Source: a virus
Reading direction: 5' to 3' (one strand)
Virus record (IMG/VR): IMGVR_UViG_3300022719_000329
Span: 1-64,000 of that record
DNA length: 64,000 bases
Shown piece by piece: positions 28,652 to 36,737 of the stretch. A program made the translations under genes and the position numbers. Position 1 is the stretch's first letter. Each line of letters starts with the position of its first letter. The notes under the pieces are model-generated. The model was given only the letters and a program-made list of their open reading frames with translations, made no database searches and was not told the DNA's origin.

Positions 28652-28654
28652 CCA

Positions 28655-29170
28655 TTAGGTTCCTTTCACTATTGAGTCTTTGTACGTAACCTCCACTGGT
28701 TCTACCAGACGATCGGTCATCAAAACACCATTGAGATGATCTACTTCGTGCTGTATTACCGAGGCTAAAAGACTATTGTCATCTTGAATAGTAAATTCCT
28801 TACCATTGATACCCAGAAATCTAACCTTGATATTTCTAAAACGCGAAACTTTTATTCCCAAATCAGGCAGGCTCAAACATCCTTCGGGAGATTCATACAA
28901 GTCTTCGTCACACTCGACAATTTCAGGGTTGAACATCACTATTGGCATACGTTTACCTTGCATCCAGGCAGGGTCTACAACGCAGAGTTTTATCTTCATC
29001 CCGACTTGATTAGCGGCCAACCCGATAGCGTTCAATTGATACATGGCGGCTGTTAAATCTAAAGCCACATCCACCAATGCACCGGTCACTCTTCCAACAG
29101 GTTCTGTTTTGAAACGGAGCCTTTTATCAAACTCTTCTTTATTGCTGTTGGTATTGGTTACTAATTTCAT
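28655..29170 (-). CDS. def: peptide deformylase
   Basis: 171 aa; GLAANQVG, EGCLSLP, QHEVDHLNG. Confidence 0.9.
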   Translation of the reverse strand: MKLVTNTNSNKEEFDKRLRFKTEPVGRVTGALVDVALDLTAAMYQLNAIGLAANQVGMKIKLCVVDPAWMQGKRMPIVMFNPEIVECDEDLYESPEGCLSLPDLGIKVSRFRNIKVRFLGINGKEFTIQDDNSLLASVIQHEVDHLNGVLMTDRLVEPVEVTYKDSIVKGT

Positions 29171-29609
29171 TGATTCTTTCGACTAATTTTAGTTCCCTAG
29201 CAAAAAAGAAATTGATTTCCCTTTTAGCGTCGTGATCTGTGGCTGAACCATGTACAGCATTGTTAGTCATGTTATTGTGATTTCCAAACTCGTGCCGAAG
29301 AGTACCTTCTTCGGCTTTGGCAGGGTCTGTTGCCCCTATAAGATTTCTCCACTCTTCAACTGCATTATCTTTACATAATACCAAGGACCATACAGGACCC
29401 GAAGACATAGTTTTTACTAGTTTTGGGAAGTGTTCTTTGCCCCTGTGCTCGGAATAGAATTCTTCCGCGCCCTGGGGCTGAAATTGAACGGTTTTGGCTA
29501 AAAGAATGGAAAATCCTTCTCTCTCTGCTCGATCAATAATCCGCCCCACTTTACGTTCATAAACTGCGTGGGGCTTGATAAGTGCTAGTGTAAGATTTCC
29601 CGCCATCAA
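29139..29609 (-). CDS. ndk: nucleoside diphosphate kinase
   Basis: 156 aa; LALIKPHAV, NAVHGSAT (catalytic His). Confidence 0.9.
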   Translation of the reverse strand: MMAGNLTLALIKPHAVYERKVGRIIDRAEREGFSILLAKTVQFQPQGAEEFYSEHRGKEHFPKLVKTMSSGPVWSLVLCKDNAVEEWRNLIGATDPAKAEEGTLRHEFGNHNNMTNNAVHGSATDHDAKREINFFFARELKLVERINEISNQYQQQ

Positions 29610-29866
29610 ATACTCCTAATTCTAATTTTGATGAAACCTCCGTTATCGGCCTGTCCCGGATATATTTTACCTTCTGGATACCAGGTACGAATAACGTGTC
29701 TAACATAATTCTGTCCGAAATTATCATTGACTACCCCGGCCTTTTCCAGCACGTCTTTTACGGAAAACTCGGCATAATAATAATTACCGCGTTTTTCCCC
29801 TAACTCCGCCGTCAAAGCATCGATGGAAGTTCTTACCGGGTCTTTTCTATTACTCACGATAACCAT
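29606..29866 (-). CDS. hypothetical protein
   Basis: 86-aa ORF; 4-nt overlap with ndk. Confidence 0.4.
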   Translation of the reverse strand: MVIVSNRKDPVRTSIDALTAELGEKRGNYYYAEFSVKDVLEKAGVVNDNFGQNYVRHVIRTWYPEGKIYPGQADNGGFIKIRIRSI

Positions 29867-30383
29867 GGGACAAAGCCTCGGGCATGCTATAGTGTCGCAT
29901 TTGTCTCATAAATTCTCGAGATTCTTGGAACAGATCGCCAATCTTCTCTTCTATTTCAAGACCTTCTTGTATCAGAGTTGGGTCAGATTCCCCAAAGGCT
30001 ATTTTATTTTCTATCGTTAGAAGCCTTATCTCTAATTCAATCATTTCTATCGTTATCTGATAGTACTCGTTATAATATAATCCTAATTCTCCTATCTTCC
30101 AGGCCCGATTGTCATCCTCAGTGCTTCTACCGGCCAAATCAATCCAATCTTGGCAAAGAATGTGGTGTTTTTGGAATCTCCCTATGTCGCCTCTTCTAGG
30201 ACGAATAATATGATAAAGGAACGCATTGTCCATTTCGGTGATACAAGACAGGACTGCCAGGGAGTAAACAGCCTGACGAGATCGGTTTATTTTCTCCGAT
30301 TCTACCACGTGGCTTTCAAAGAGGCCTATCTGGGCTACCATGATAGCGGCCATCGTAACAAAGAAAAGAAACCAGCGTCGCAT
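29850..30383 (-). CDS. membrane-anchored protein
   Basis: 177 aa; N-terminal TM WFLFFVTMAAIMVAQIGL. Confidence 0.4.
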   Translation of the reverse strand: MRRWFLFFVTMAAIMVAQIGLFESHVVESEKINRSRQAVYSLAVLSCITEMDNAFLYHIIRPRRGDIGRFQKHHILCQDWIDLAGRSTEDDNRAWKIGELGLYYNEYYQITIEMIELEIRLLTIENKIAFGESDPTLIQEGLEIEEKIGDLFQESREFMRQMRHYSMPEALSHGYRE

Positions 30384-30673
30384 TAGAATTCCTCAATATC
30401 CATCAAAGGCTTCTGCGGCTGATCTTTACCTTGCACCATGTCATTTAGAGCATCCACCAACATTTGCATCTGCTTGATATTAGGTTGGACTACTGTGATA
30501 ATTTTGGATATTTCTGGGAATTGTTTCCGTAAGTTTTTGGCCGCTCCTAATTCTAATTCGGGATCTTCGTGATCGAAAGATATAAACATTTCCATATCGT
30601 CAGATATGCCAACGAACCGGCAACCGGAAATATTTTGTTCTATAAACTCTGCATATTTTTTGGGGTCAACCAT
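30383..30673 (-). CDS. hypothetical protein
   Basis: 96-aa ORF; 1-nt overlap with the next gene. Confidence 0.4.
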   Translation of the reverse strand: MVDPKKYAEFIEQNISGCRFVGISDDMEMFISFDHEDPELELGAAKNLRKQFPEISKIITVVQPNIKQMQMLVDALNDMVQGKDQPQKPLMDIEEF

Positions 30674-30943
30674 GCTAACCTCTATCCCTACGTATATTGA
30701 TCCAGCGCAGGGCCATGTAATACATCGTATCTTCTATCCACTTGAGCCCAGACCGATCTTGGTTCTGGGCACATTTTACTAATTCCAATAGCAATAATTT
30801 TTTAATGTAGTTTGCCATGGGAGGCTGTTTCTTGTTATATGAGTTCATTTTTCTCGTAGATTACCTCCACCTTATGAATCATATGTATAAGCCAAATAGC
30901 CTCAATCAATCCTCCTTCTAAATCATCTAGTGGTAAAGTGTGA

Positions 30944-31543
30944 TCATCCAATACCTTTCTCAAATGATTGAGCAGCGGTGTTCTGGAGCCCATAGACAAT
31001 CTCCTTCGCTTGGAGGATATCCTCAAAGAAATCTTTCTCAAGTTTCGGTCGATTTCTCAAGACATACGAAGGGTGGTATACAATCATTACCAAAATATCA
31101 GGATCTAGCGGGAACGCGTCTAAATGGCCTCTCTCTTTAGTTATTCTAACAGGTCTTTCTAGAATATACGATGCCGCAATCCTACCAAGCGTTACGATCA
31201 GTTTAGGCCGGATTATTTCTATCTGGCGGGTAAGATAATGTAGTTTACATATCTCGGCTTCTTCGGGAAGGGGGTCCCGGTTATTTGGCGGCCGGCACTT
31301 TACTACATTGGTAATATATACATCCGATCTATTAAGACCTACACGAGTAAGACCCTCGATAAGTAAATTTCCGGAGCGCCCCACAAAAGGTAAGCCTTGT
31401 TCATCCTCCCGTTGGCCCGGACCTTCCCCAATGAACATTATATCGGCATTAGGATTTCCAGCGCCTGGGACTGGGTTAGTTCTGCCTTCGTGTAGAGGGC
31501 AAAATGAACAATTAGCAATTTCTAATTCTAAATCCTCAAGCAT
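30944..31543 (-). CDS. uracil-DNA glycosylase, family 4
   Basis: 199 aa; CSFCPL Fe-S cysteines, GEGPGQREDEQGLPFVGRSG, VYHPSYVLR. Confidence 0.85.
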   Translation of the reverse strand: MLEDLELEIANCSFCPLHEGRTNPVPGAGNPNADIMFIGEGPGQREDEQGLPFVGRSGNLLIEGLTRVGLNRSDVYITNVVKCRPPNNRDPLPEEAEICKLHYLTRQIEIIRPKLIVTLGRIAASYILERPVRITKERGHLDAFPLDPDILVMIVYHPSYVLRNRPKLEKDFFEDILQAKEIVYGLQNTAAQSFEKGIG

Positions 31544-31551
31544 TGTAAATC

Positions 31552-31833
31552 CTAAAGATACTGCCCGTGGCTACGATCCCCGGGATCTTCAGTACCGCCG
31601 GCCGTTGGTAAAGTTCCTTCGGTTCCGCCAAGAGGAATCATAGACATATTACCGCCGAGGCCCATATCATAGAGAGGGAGATTTTGTTCCCCGTACGCGC
31701 GAGCAAATTCGTCCCGGGCCCGTTGTATTTGTTTATTTTGCTTCCAAGACAGCCACATGCCCACAGCAAAATGCAGTGCCTCAATGGTCAACAGGGCGGC
31801 TAGCATGGGACAATATATATTCCAAAAACTCAT
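31552..31833 (-). CDS. membrane protein
   Basis: 93 aa; N-terminal hydrophobic helices. Confidence 0.4.
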   Translation of the reverse strand: MSFWNIYCPMLAALLTIEALHFAVGMWLSWKQNKQIQRARDEFARAYGEQNLPLYDMGLGGNMSMIPLGGTEGTLPTAGGTEDPGDRSHGQYL

Positions 31834-31968
31834 TTGTCACTCCTATAGGTTTCAATCAAACTTGTAACCATTCTGGAAATCCAGGTGTTTCCATCTGTCG
31901 CACCTTCGTACCAAAATGATTGTCCGCACAACGCATATTCTTCTAGAGTTAACTCATTCATTGTGTAA

Positions 31969-32409
31969 CTATACAACGGGTTGTTCTTCTCGGATATCCC
32001 CGGCACTAGTTAGACCTAGGCTTTCATTGTAGGTTTCATGTCCTACCCAGCCTTCGTTGGTTAGGAAGCCCCACTCGCGTCGCTTGCGGAATCTTATGAA
32101 TAAAGTCCAGGCTGGCCCTCGATCCAACTCTACCCAGTGAAATTCCTCGGCGGTTCTAAACTTAAAACTCAAAGGCCCTCGGCGAAGAACAGTACCGTCT
32201 GGCAAATGTTCGAGGTAGCCCCGGGTAAGGGGAATCGAGATGAAGTTCCAAGGATGGTCGTGTGGTACCGAATAATCGCTTATCCAGAATTTATGTGCGT
32301 AAATACCGAAAAGAGGGCATTGAAAAATAACAAATCTGGTGAGATATAATTCTTCCGGGCCTCGATAAATATCTCGTTTAGTTAGCCAATTTCGTTTATA
32401 ACTACTCAT
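31969..32409 (-). CDS. conserved-looking hypothetical protein (HDHPW motif)
   Basis: 146 aa; VPHDHPWNFISIPL ... REWGF; I recognise the family but cannot name it. Confidence 0.45.
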   Translation of the reverse strand: MSSYKRNWLTKRDIYRGPEELYLTRFVIFQCPLFGIYAHKFWISDYSVPHDHPWNFISIPLTRGYLEHLPDGTVLRRGPLSFKFRTAEEFHWVELDRGPAWTLFIRFRKRREWGFLTNEGWVGHETYNESLGLTSAGDIREEQPVV

Positions 32410-32548
32410 TGAATAACCCGCTACTCCTTGGATAATAATAACCTAAAATGGGTAAAAAAGCAATGGTTCGCTGCTAACCATGCGATTTTGAAAAAAATTT
32501 ACGACCTACTAAAAAAGCCTCTTCCCCTTTGTTTGCCAATGCTTTCTT

Positions 32549-32899
32549 TTATTTCTGGTTCAATGGGCCCTGTTCGCGCGTTCCTGCTGTTGTAGTCGGC
32601 CTTCGCCACCCGTACTCATCCCTCCGGGGACGGGCCATCGCTTTCTTACTCGTTACCAACAACATCTCTTCTTTTCTTTTATGAGTACCATAAGCATCAT
32701 AGGTACCAGTCCTCATCTCTATATCTCGTAATCTCTCTCCCATTTCAAGAACCAGATCCACCAGTTCATACATCATCTTCTTGGTTCTATCTCCTGGTAC
32801 ATTCTTTTCTATTTCAGCCACCACCCGTTTGAGGTCGTATACTATCTCCGGTCTTTCCCATGAATCTTCTAAATGTTGATCTAGGTCTTGCTTATCCAT
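32549..32899 (-). CDS. hypothetical protein
   Basis: 116-aa ORF. Confidence 0.4.
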   Translation of the reverse strand: MDKQDLDQHLEDSWERPEIVYDLKRVVAEIEKNVPGDRTKKMMYELVDLVLEMGERLRDIEMRTGTYDAYGTHKRKEEMLLVTSKKAMARPRRDEYGWRRPTTTAGTREQGPLNQK

Positions 32900-33062
32900 T
32901 TCTCCTCTTGCCCCTTCCTAGAGTGAGTAGGAAAGATGAGAGGAAAGCAGACACTAAAGCAGAAGGGAATTGGGAAGACTCTCTATTCCCTTCTTCTATG
33001 TCTCGACTCCCCACTTTTAGATTATTTGGTGCGCGATGAAATTTTGGTACGCGTGCTAAATT

Positions 33063-33263
33063 TCAACAGGCTATGCCGGCTCCTATAACGTAATTGTCGC
33101 AGAAAACACAAACAGCCACGCCCATGCCAATCCAAGCGTAGCTGTGGTTACATCCAAGCCGACATTCTTCTAGTCTTTCTGGACAGCATTTCTCGATTGA
33201 CTCCCAGAAGGTTTTATCGCAATAATTACAGAGATATTTGTAGTGGCATTTTTCAGCCCCCAC
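33063..33263 (-). CDS. small Cys-rich protein
   Basis: 66 aa with 11 Cys. Confidence 0.35.
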   Translation of the reverse strand: MGAEKCHYKYLCNYCDKTFWESIEKCCPERLEECRLGCNHSYAWIGMGVAVCVFCDNYVIGAGIAC

Positions 33264-33302
33264 ATTTCCCCCGCCACTAAATTTTTTCAGCGGCCGCTAA
33301 TT

Positions 33303-33602
33303 TTAGTCCCGACTTCTTTCCAAGGCTTCAGAAATGGCATCATAAACCACATCAAAAAGGAGATCCATATCATCGGTTGTGAAATCGGGGGGAATTCTAG
33401 AGAGAGCCGTTTGGGTAATTTCAGCAATGGCCCAAGGCTCTAGAGAACCAGGGACATCTTCATGGGCCGCTACAATTTTCTCTTCTGTAGTAAACGGATC
33501 TGCCCATGCAGACATTTCTGTGTCCTCAACATCTAGGGATGGGTACTCATCCACGTATTGTTCGAGCACTGCTTCGGCTCGATCCAACATAGTTTGGTTC
33601 AT
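33303..33602 (-). CDS. acidic hypothetical protein
   Basis: 99 aa, strongly Asp/Glu-rich. Confidence 0.4.
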   Translation of the reverse strand: MNQTMLDRAEAVLEQYVDEYPSLDVEDTEMSAWADPFTTEEKIVAAHEDVPGSLEPWAIAEITQTALSRIPPDFTTDDMDLLFDVVYDAISEALERSRD

Positions 33603-33704
33603 CTACTTTCGTTTCCTCCGCGGGACGTGTTCCCGTAAACATCTGGTGCTGATCCTCCCCTATTAGTTTTAGAGGGTCCAGCATATATTTTAGAGGCCCC
33701 CTTT

Positions 33705-33992
33705 TTAGTAAGAAGGGGTGGGATTTCGGCGTTTCTTTTTCTTCTTGCGGGCCTCTTCGAGCATGGACTCGACTTCGCTGGCCATGTCCATAAGGGCATT
33801 GATATATTCTTCGGCTTTTTCTTCTCGGGCCAATTCACTGGTGGCTTGAATGGAACTAAAGTATTCTTCCAAATGGCTTATTCGAGAATCTAGGTCGGCG
33901 AAGACATTTTCAGAACGAGCCATAGAGATTGCTGTACGCAAATATACCATAGCATCCCGCAAGTGACGGCCCTTATTCGTCAGAAATACCAC
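33705..33992 (-). CDS. hypothetical protein
   Basis: 95-aa ORF with a basic KKKKKRRN tail. Confidence 0.4.
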   Translation of the reverse strand: MVFLTNKGRHLRDAMVYLRTAISMARSENVFADLDSRISHLEEYFSSIQATSELAREEKAEEYINALMDMASEVESMLEEARKKKKKRRNPTPSY

Positions 33993-34323
33993 GCTTCCTC
34001 CTGATTATTCGCGACTCTACACGTTCTTCTACTTCTGCATCCTCTAAAGCATGCTCAATTTCTGGTTCTATCGCAAAACGCAAAAGCGACTCGGCTTGGG
34101 CTGGTCCTAGAACCTCCCAAGGAGTCGCTTTACCTTTTTCCAGATGAATATTGATACTGGCTGTACCAGTTCCATTGATAGCATCCTGCCGATGGTCTTC
34201 TCTAGTTTCTATAAAATCTTCTTCAGTCAGATGGGTTCTGCTCATTTTGTTCCCACTCCTCAACAACTCTTTGGACGTGGTCGGGATTTTCCATAGCGTA
34301 CCGGACTTTCTGGTACTTCTCAT
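33973..34323 (-). CDS. hypothetical protein
   Basis: 116-aa ORF. Confidence 0.4.
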   Translation of the reverse strand: MRSTRKSGTLWKIPTTSKELLRSGNKMSRTHLTEEDFIETREDHRQDAINGTGTASINIHLEKGKATPWEVLGPAQAESLLRFAIEPEIEHALEDAEVEERVESRIIRRKRGISDE

Positions 34324-34612
34324 AGAAGGCCCGTTCAGTATTCATGTAAAATTGGCGGAGATTGTCCTTATCGATAATTTTCTCGGACAATAGAATATCT
34401 TCTTCGGCGCCCAAAACCCCTTTGTCCACTAATAGGTCTCGAAGGAATTTATTAGAGGCTGCCAATTCGGCGATTAAAAATAACATGGACCAAAAACTAC
34501 CTTGGGTCTGCTTCTCCCTCTCCGTCAGTTCCTGGTATCCCTGCTGGGTTTTCTCCGCCGCTCTCTTCAGATCCTCCCCCGTCATTCGGTCTTGGGGTGT
34601 TCGAGTCTCCAC
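34223..34612 (-). CDS. hypothetical protein, paralog of 34497-34994
   Basis: 129 aa; FWSMLFLIAE..LLVDKGVL..NP aligns with YSAMMYIITE..LLKVGAL..NP of the upstream gene; start uncertain. Confidence 0.4.
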   Translation of the reverse strand: METRTPQDRMTGEDLKRAAEKTQQGYQELTEREKQTQGSFWSMLFLIAELAASNKFLRDLLVDKGVLGAEEDILLSEKIIDKDNLRQFYMNTERAFYEKYQKVRYAMENPDHVQRVVEEWEQNEQNPSD

Positions 34613-34994
34613 TTGGAATTACCTCCTCTTGCGGAAATGGTGTAGATGGTTGGTACTGTTCCGGATTGGCCAGTACTTCCTTTACCCTCACAAAATAACT
34701 AGCGAACCTAGTGTAAAGATCGTTATAAACTGGATTCAATATCTCGGAGTTTCCATAGACCCCGGTAATTTTCTCCAGTTGGTTCGTATTCAAAGCCCCG
34801 ACCTTCAATAGTTCTTCTAACAACTTGCCAATCAGCGCCTGCTGTTCGGTAATAATATACATCATGGCTGAATAGTTAGCCTGCATATTCTCCCAAGATG
34901 TTAGGTTTCTTTCTTCTTGTTCGGGACTATTTTCCTCTTCATTCTGATGCATAGTATGATCCTCTAAATGAAAGCGAAACTTTCTCTCTGGCAA
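34497..34994 (-). CDS. hypothetical protein, paralog of 34223-34612
   Basis: 165-aa ORF; see the paralog alignment under 34223-34612. Confidence 0.45.
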   Translation of the reverse strand: MPERKFRFHLEDHTMHQNEEENSPEQEERNLTSWENMQANYSAMMYIITEQQALIGKLLEELLKVGALNTNQLEKITGVYGNSEILNPVYNDLYTRFASYFVRVKEVLANPEQYQPSTPFPQEEVIPSGDSNTPRPNDGGGSEESGGENPAGIPGTDGEGEADPR

Positions 34995-35013
34995 TTTATC
35001 TGCCGCAAACCTG

Positions 35014-35073
35014 GGCTAAATGCCGGCTAAATCGGCAAATGACAGAGAAATAATAAGATCAATCTGGCTAAAT
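35014..35073. repeat. three GGCTAAAT direct repeats upstream of 34994
   Basis: GGCTAAAT at 35014, 35025 and 35066, plus GGCAAAT at 35034. Confidence 0.35.
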
Positions 35074-35093
35074 TGCAACAAAATTTCCTTTGA

Positions 35094-35303
35094 TTATAAG
35101 TGAAGCCCGGACACCGCGTAAACCAATATTCCGACGACAGAAGAAAAGAAAGTAAGTCCCATCAGATACCCAATGAGAACTCTATCCCTCTTCCTATTCT
35201 CATCGATACAAGCCCATAGATAGAACACGAAGAATAAGAATATGCTGGCGATGGCCCCGCTAAAACTCATGCTGTGTACCCATTGGGCTGTTTCAGGACT
35301 CAC
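35094..35303 (-). CDS. small membrane protein
   Basis: 69 aa, two hydrophobic helices. Confidence 0.4.
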   Translation of the reverse strand: MSPETAQWVHSMSFSGAIASIFLFFVFYLWACIDENRKRDRVLIGYLMGLTFFSSVVGILVYAVSGLHL

Positions 35304-35481
35304 GTCTGGCTCTCCTGTCTTCTAGTTTGTTTTGTACCCCTGCTTTTAGAAATAAAGCCAACTGGCCCCAGAACCACAGGCAAACAGTGGCCATCACTAA
35401 TATAACAGTGCCGGCTATAAGTCCAACAGCAGCACCGAATAGTGTACTGGTCAGTGAGATAAGTAGATCTACAAATTCCAT
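35293..35481 (-). CDS. small membrane protein
   Basis: 62 aa from the ATG at 35481 (GGAGGTG-N6); two TM helices; first gene of the left arm. Confidence 0.4.
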   Translation of the reverse strand: MEFVDLLISLTSTLFGAAVGLIAGTVILVMATVCLWFWGQLALFLKAGVQNKLEDRRARRES

Positions 35482-35500
35482 CAGAGTCACCTCCAAGGAA

Positions 35501-35529
35501 ATAATAAGGTATCAGGCACCCCATGTCAA
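35501..35529 (-). promoter_or_regulatory. sigma70-type promoter TTGACA-17-TATTAT for the left arm
   Basis: Minus strand reads TTGACAtggggtgcctgataccttATTAT-type layout, immediately upstream of the SD/ATG of 35481. Confidence 0.5.
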
Positions 35530-35653
35530 TAATTATCTTCCCCTCTAGGTAATTAGTACACTGGATATAAATTGATCCTCCCCTTTAGATTTGAAAGTGG
35601 TCCCAGTGTGTAACAGGCACCCCATATGTACTCCTGTACACGAACAGTTCAGC

Positions 35654-35679
35654 GGCATTATAGGGCCACCTATAATGCC
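35654..35679. promoter_or_regulatory. perfect 11+11 bp palindrome (operator candidate)
   Basis: GGCATTATAGG gcca CCTATAATGCC, abutting the AGGAGG SD of the first plus-strand gene. Confidence 0.45.
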
Positions 35680-35691
35680 AGGAGGTACAAC

Positions 35692-35838
35692 ATGGCTCCT
35701 ATCGTTGCCGGGCTCCGTCTCGTCTGCACCCTGTGCAGGTCCGAGACGTACTCCTCTCCCCCGCTCAACACGGAGGAGATCCGAGAGGCGCACGATGTCT
35801 GCACATCGTGTGCTCGCGAGATGAATCTCACTCGCTAG
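35692..35838 (+). CDS. small zinc-ribbon protein
   Basis: 48 aa; CTLC ... CTSC; AGGAGG SD; GC content jumps at this ATG. Confidence 0.45.
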   Translation: MAPIVAGLRLVCTLCRSETYSSPPLNTEEIREAHDVCTSCAREMNLTR

Positions 35839-35860
35839 TCCCTCGCTTCGCTCGGGAGGA

Positions 35861-35871
35861 GTATTTTCTCC
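35861..35871 (+). promoter_or_regulatory. promoter-like motif class B (GTATTTTCTCC)
   Basis: AT-rich 11-mer in GC-rich DNA, 87 nt upstream of the ATG at 35948. Confidence 0.45.
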
Positions 35872-35947
35872 TCCGCTCGATTCCTCGCTCCGGGACCGCG
35901 TGCACGGTGTGCGCGGGCCCTGGGCGTCCATGTGGGAGAACCACACC

Positions 35948-36307
35948 ATGTCCGCCAACTCTCAGAACCTCTCGCTGCGCTTCGAGGACGTCCGCTTCCG
36001 TGCGCACATCCGTGAGCACGAGCAGACGACCTTCATCGGCTACGCCGACGCCACCCTGGTGGCGCCCAGCGTACTGCCCGATGGCTCGGACCTGAAGCTC
36101 CGCATCCGCGGGATCGAGGTGAAGCTCACCTCGAACGGCCCGCGGATCGACTTCAAGTCCGAGAAGGGTCGGGACGGTTCGTGGTACCCCGTGCTCTTCC
36201 CGAAGAGCGCGGAGTCGCGCACGGCCCTGACCGTGGCGCTGCTCGCGGACCCCACGGTCCGCGCGGTCGTCGACGCGCACCAGGAGCGCTTCGCCGCCCA
36301 GGCGTAG
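35948..36307 (+). CDS. SpoVG-fold nucleic-acid-binding protein, paralog 1
   Basis: 119 aa; TFIGYADATL..LKLRIRGIEVKL..FKSEKGRDGSWYPVLFPKSAESR matches the SpoVG strand/loop pattern. Confidence 0.6.
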   Translation: MSANSQNLSLRFEDVRFRAHIREHEQTTFIGYADATLVAPSVLPDGSDLKLRIRGIEVKLTSNGPRIDFKSEKGRDGSWYPVLFPKSAESRTALTVALLADPTVRAVVDAHQERFAAQA

Positions 36308-36353
36308 CGCTCGCACTCCGTGCTCCCTGGGTCCGATCCCCAGGGAGCACCAG

Positions 36354-36393
36354 GCCCTCACTCGCAGTCCGCTGCGGGTGAGGGCTTTTTTTT
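36354..36393 (+). terminator. intrinsic terminator
   Basis: 14-bp GC stem GCCCTCACTCGCAG/CTGCGGGTGAGGGC followed by T8. Confidence 0.8.
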
Positions 36394-36535
36394 CGTACGG
36401 CACCGCTGAACTCGCTGTACACCGGACCCCCATTAAACGCCAGCGATTCAGCGCCAGGGTCATGGTGGGAAACTCGTCTAGTTCGCGGTGTTCATTCGTT
36501 GCCCGCCGCCGGAAAAGTACTACTAGTAGGAACTA

Positions 36536-36548
36536 CCCGTAGTTGCTC
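36536..36548 (+). promoter_or_regulatory. promoter-like motif class A variant (CCCGTAGTTGCTC)
   Basis: Contains the exact core GTAGTTGCTC; about 200 nt upstream of 36738 and 100 nt upstream of a class B motif. Confidence 0.35.
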
Positions 36549-36639
36549 GCTTCGCTCGCAGGGAGAGAACTCCCGATTAGTACGATTTTGAACGGGGGGA
36601 ACAAATCGTGGCCTCCCGTTACTAGAGAGAACTACCCAG

Positions 36640-36650
36640 GTATTTTCTCT
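36640..36650 (+). promoter_or_regulatory. promoter-like motif class B (GTATTTTCTCT)
   Basis: 98 nt upstream of the ATG at 36738. Confidence 0.45.
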
Positions 36651-36737
36651 GATTGTTCGAGGGCCCGGGCCTGTAGAGGTCCAGACAGCCCGGAAGCCCT
36701 AATTCACACTGGACCATCACGTGAGAGGTACATGTAC

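Noticed and set aside
30835-31041. 68-aa minus-strand ORF
   Set aside because: It overlaps the 3-prime ~100 nt of the well-supported family-4 UDG gene in another frame and has no SD. It is left unannotated.
35671-35676. TATAAT hexamer as the promoter of the first plus-strand gene
   Set aside because: It lies only 15 nt from the ATG, so a start there would remove the AGGAGG SD. It is better explained as the right arm of the 11+11 palindrome.
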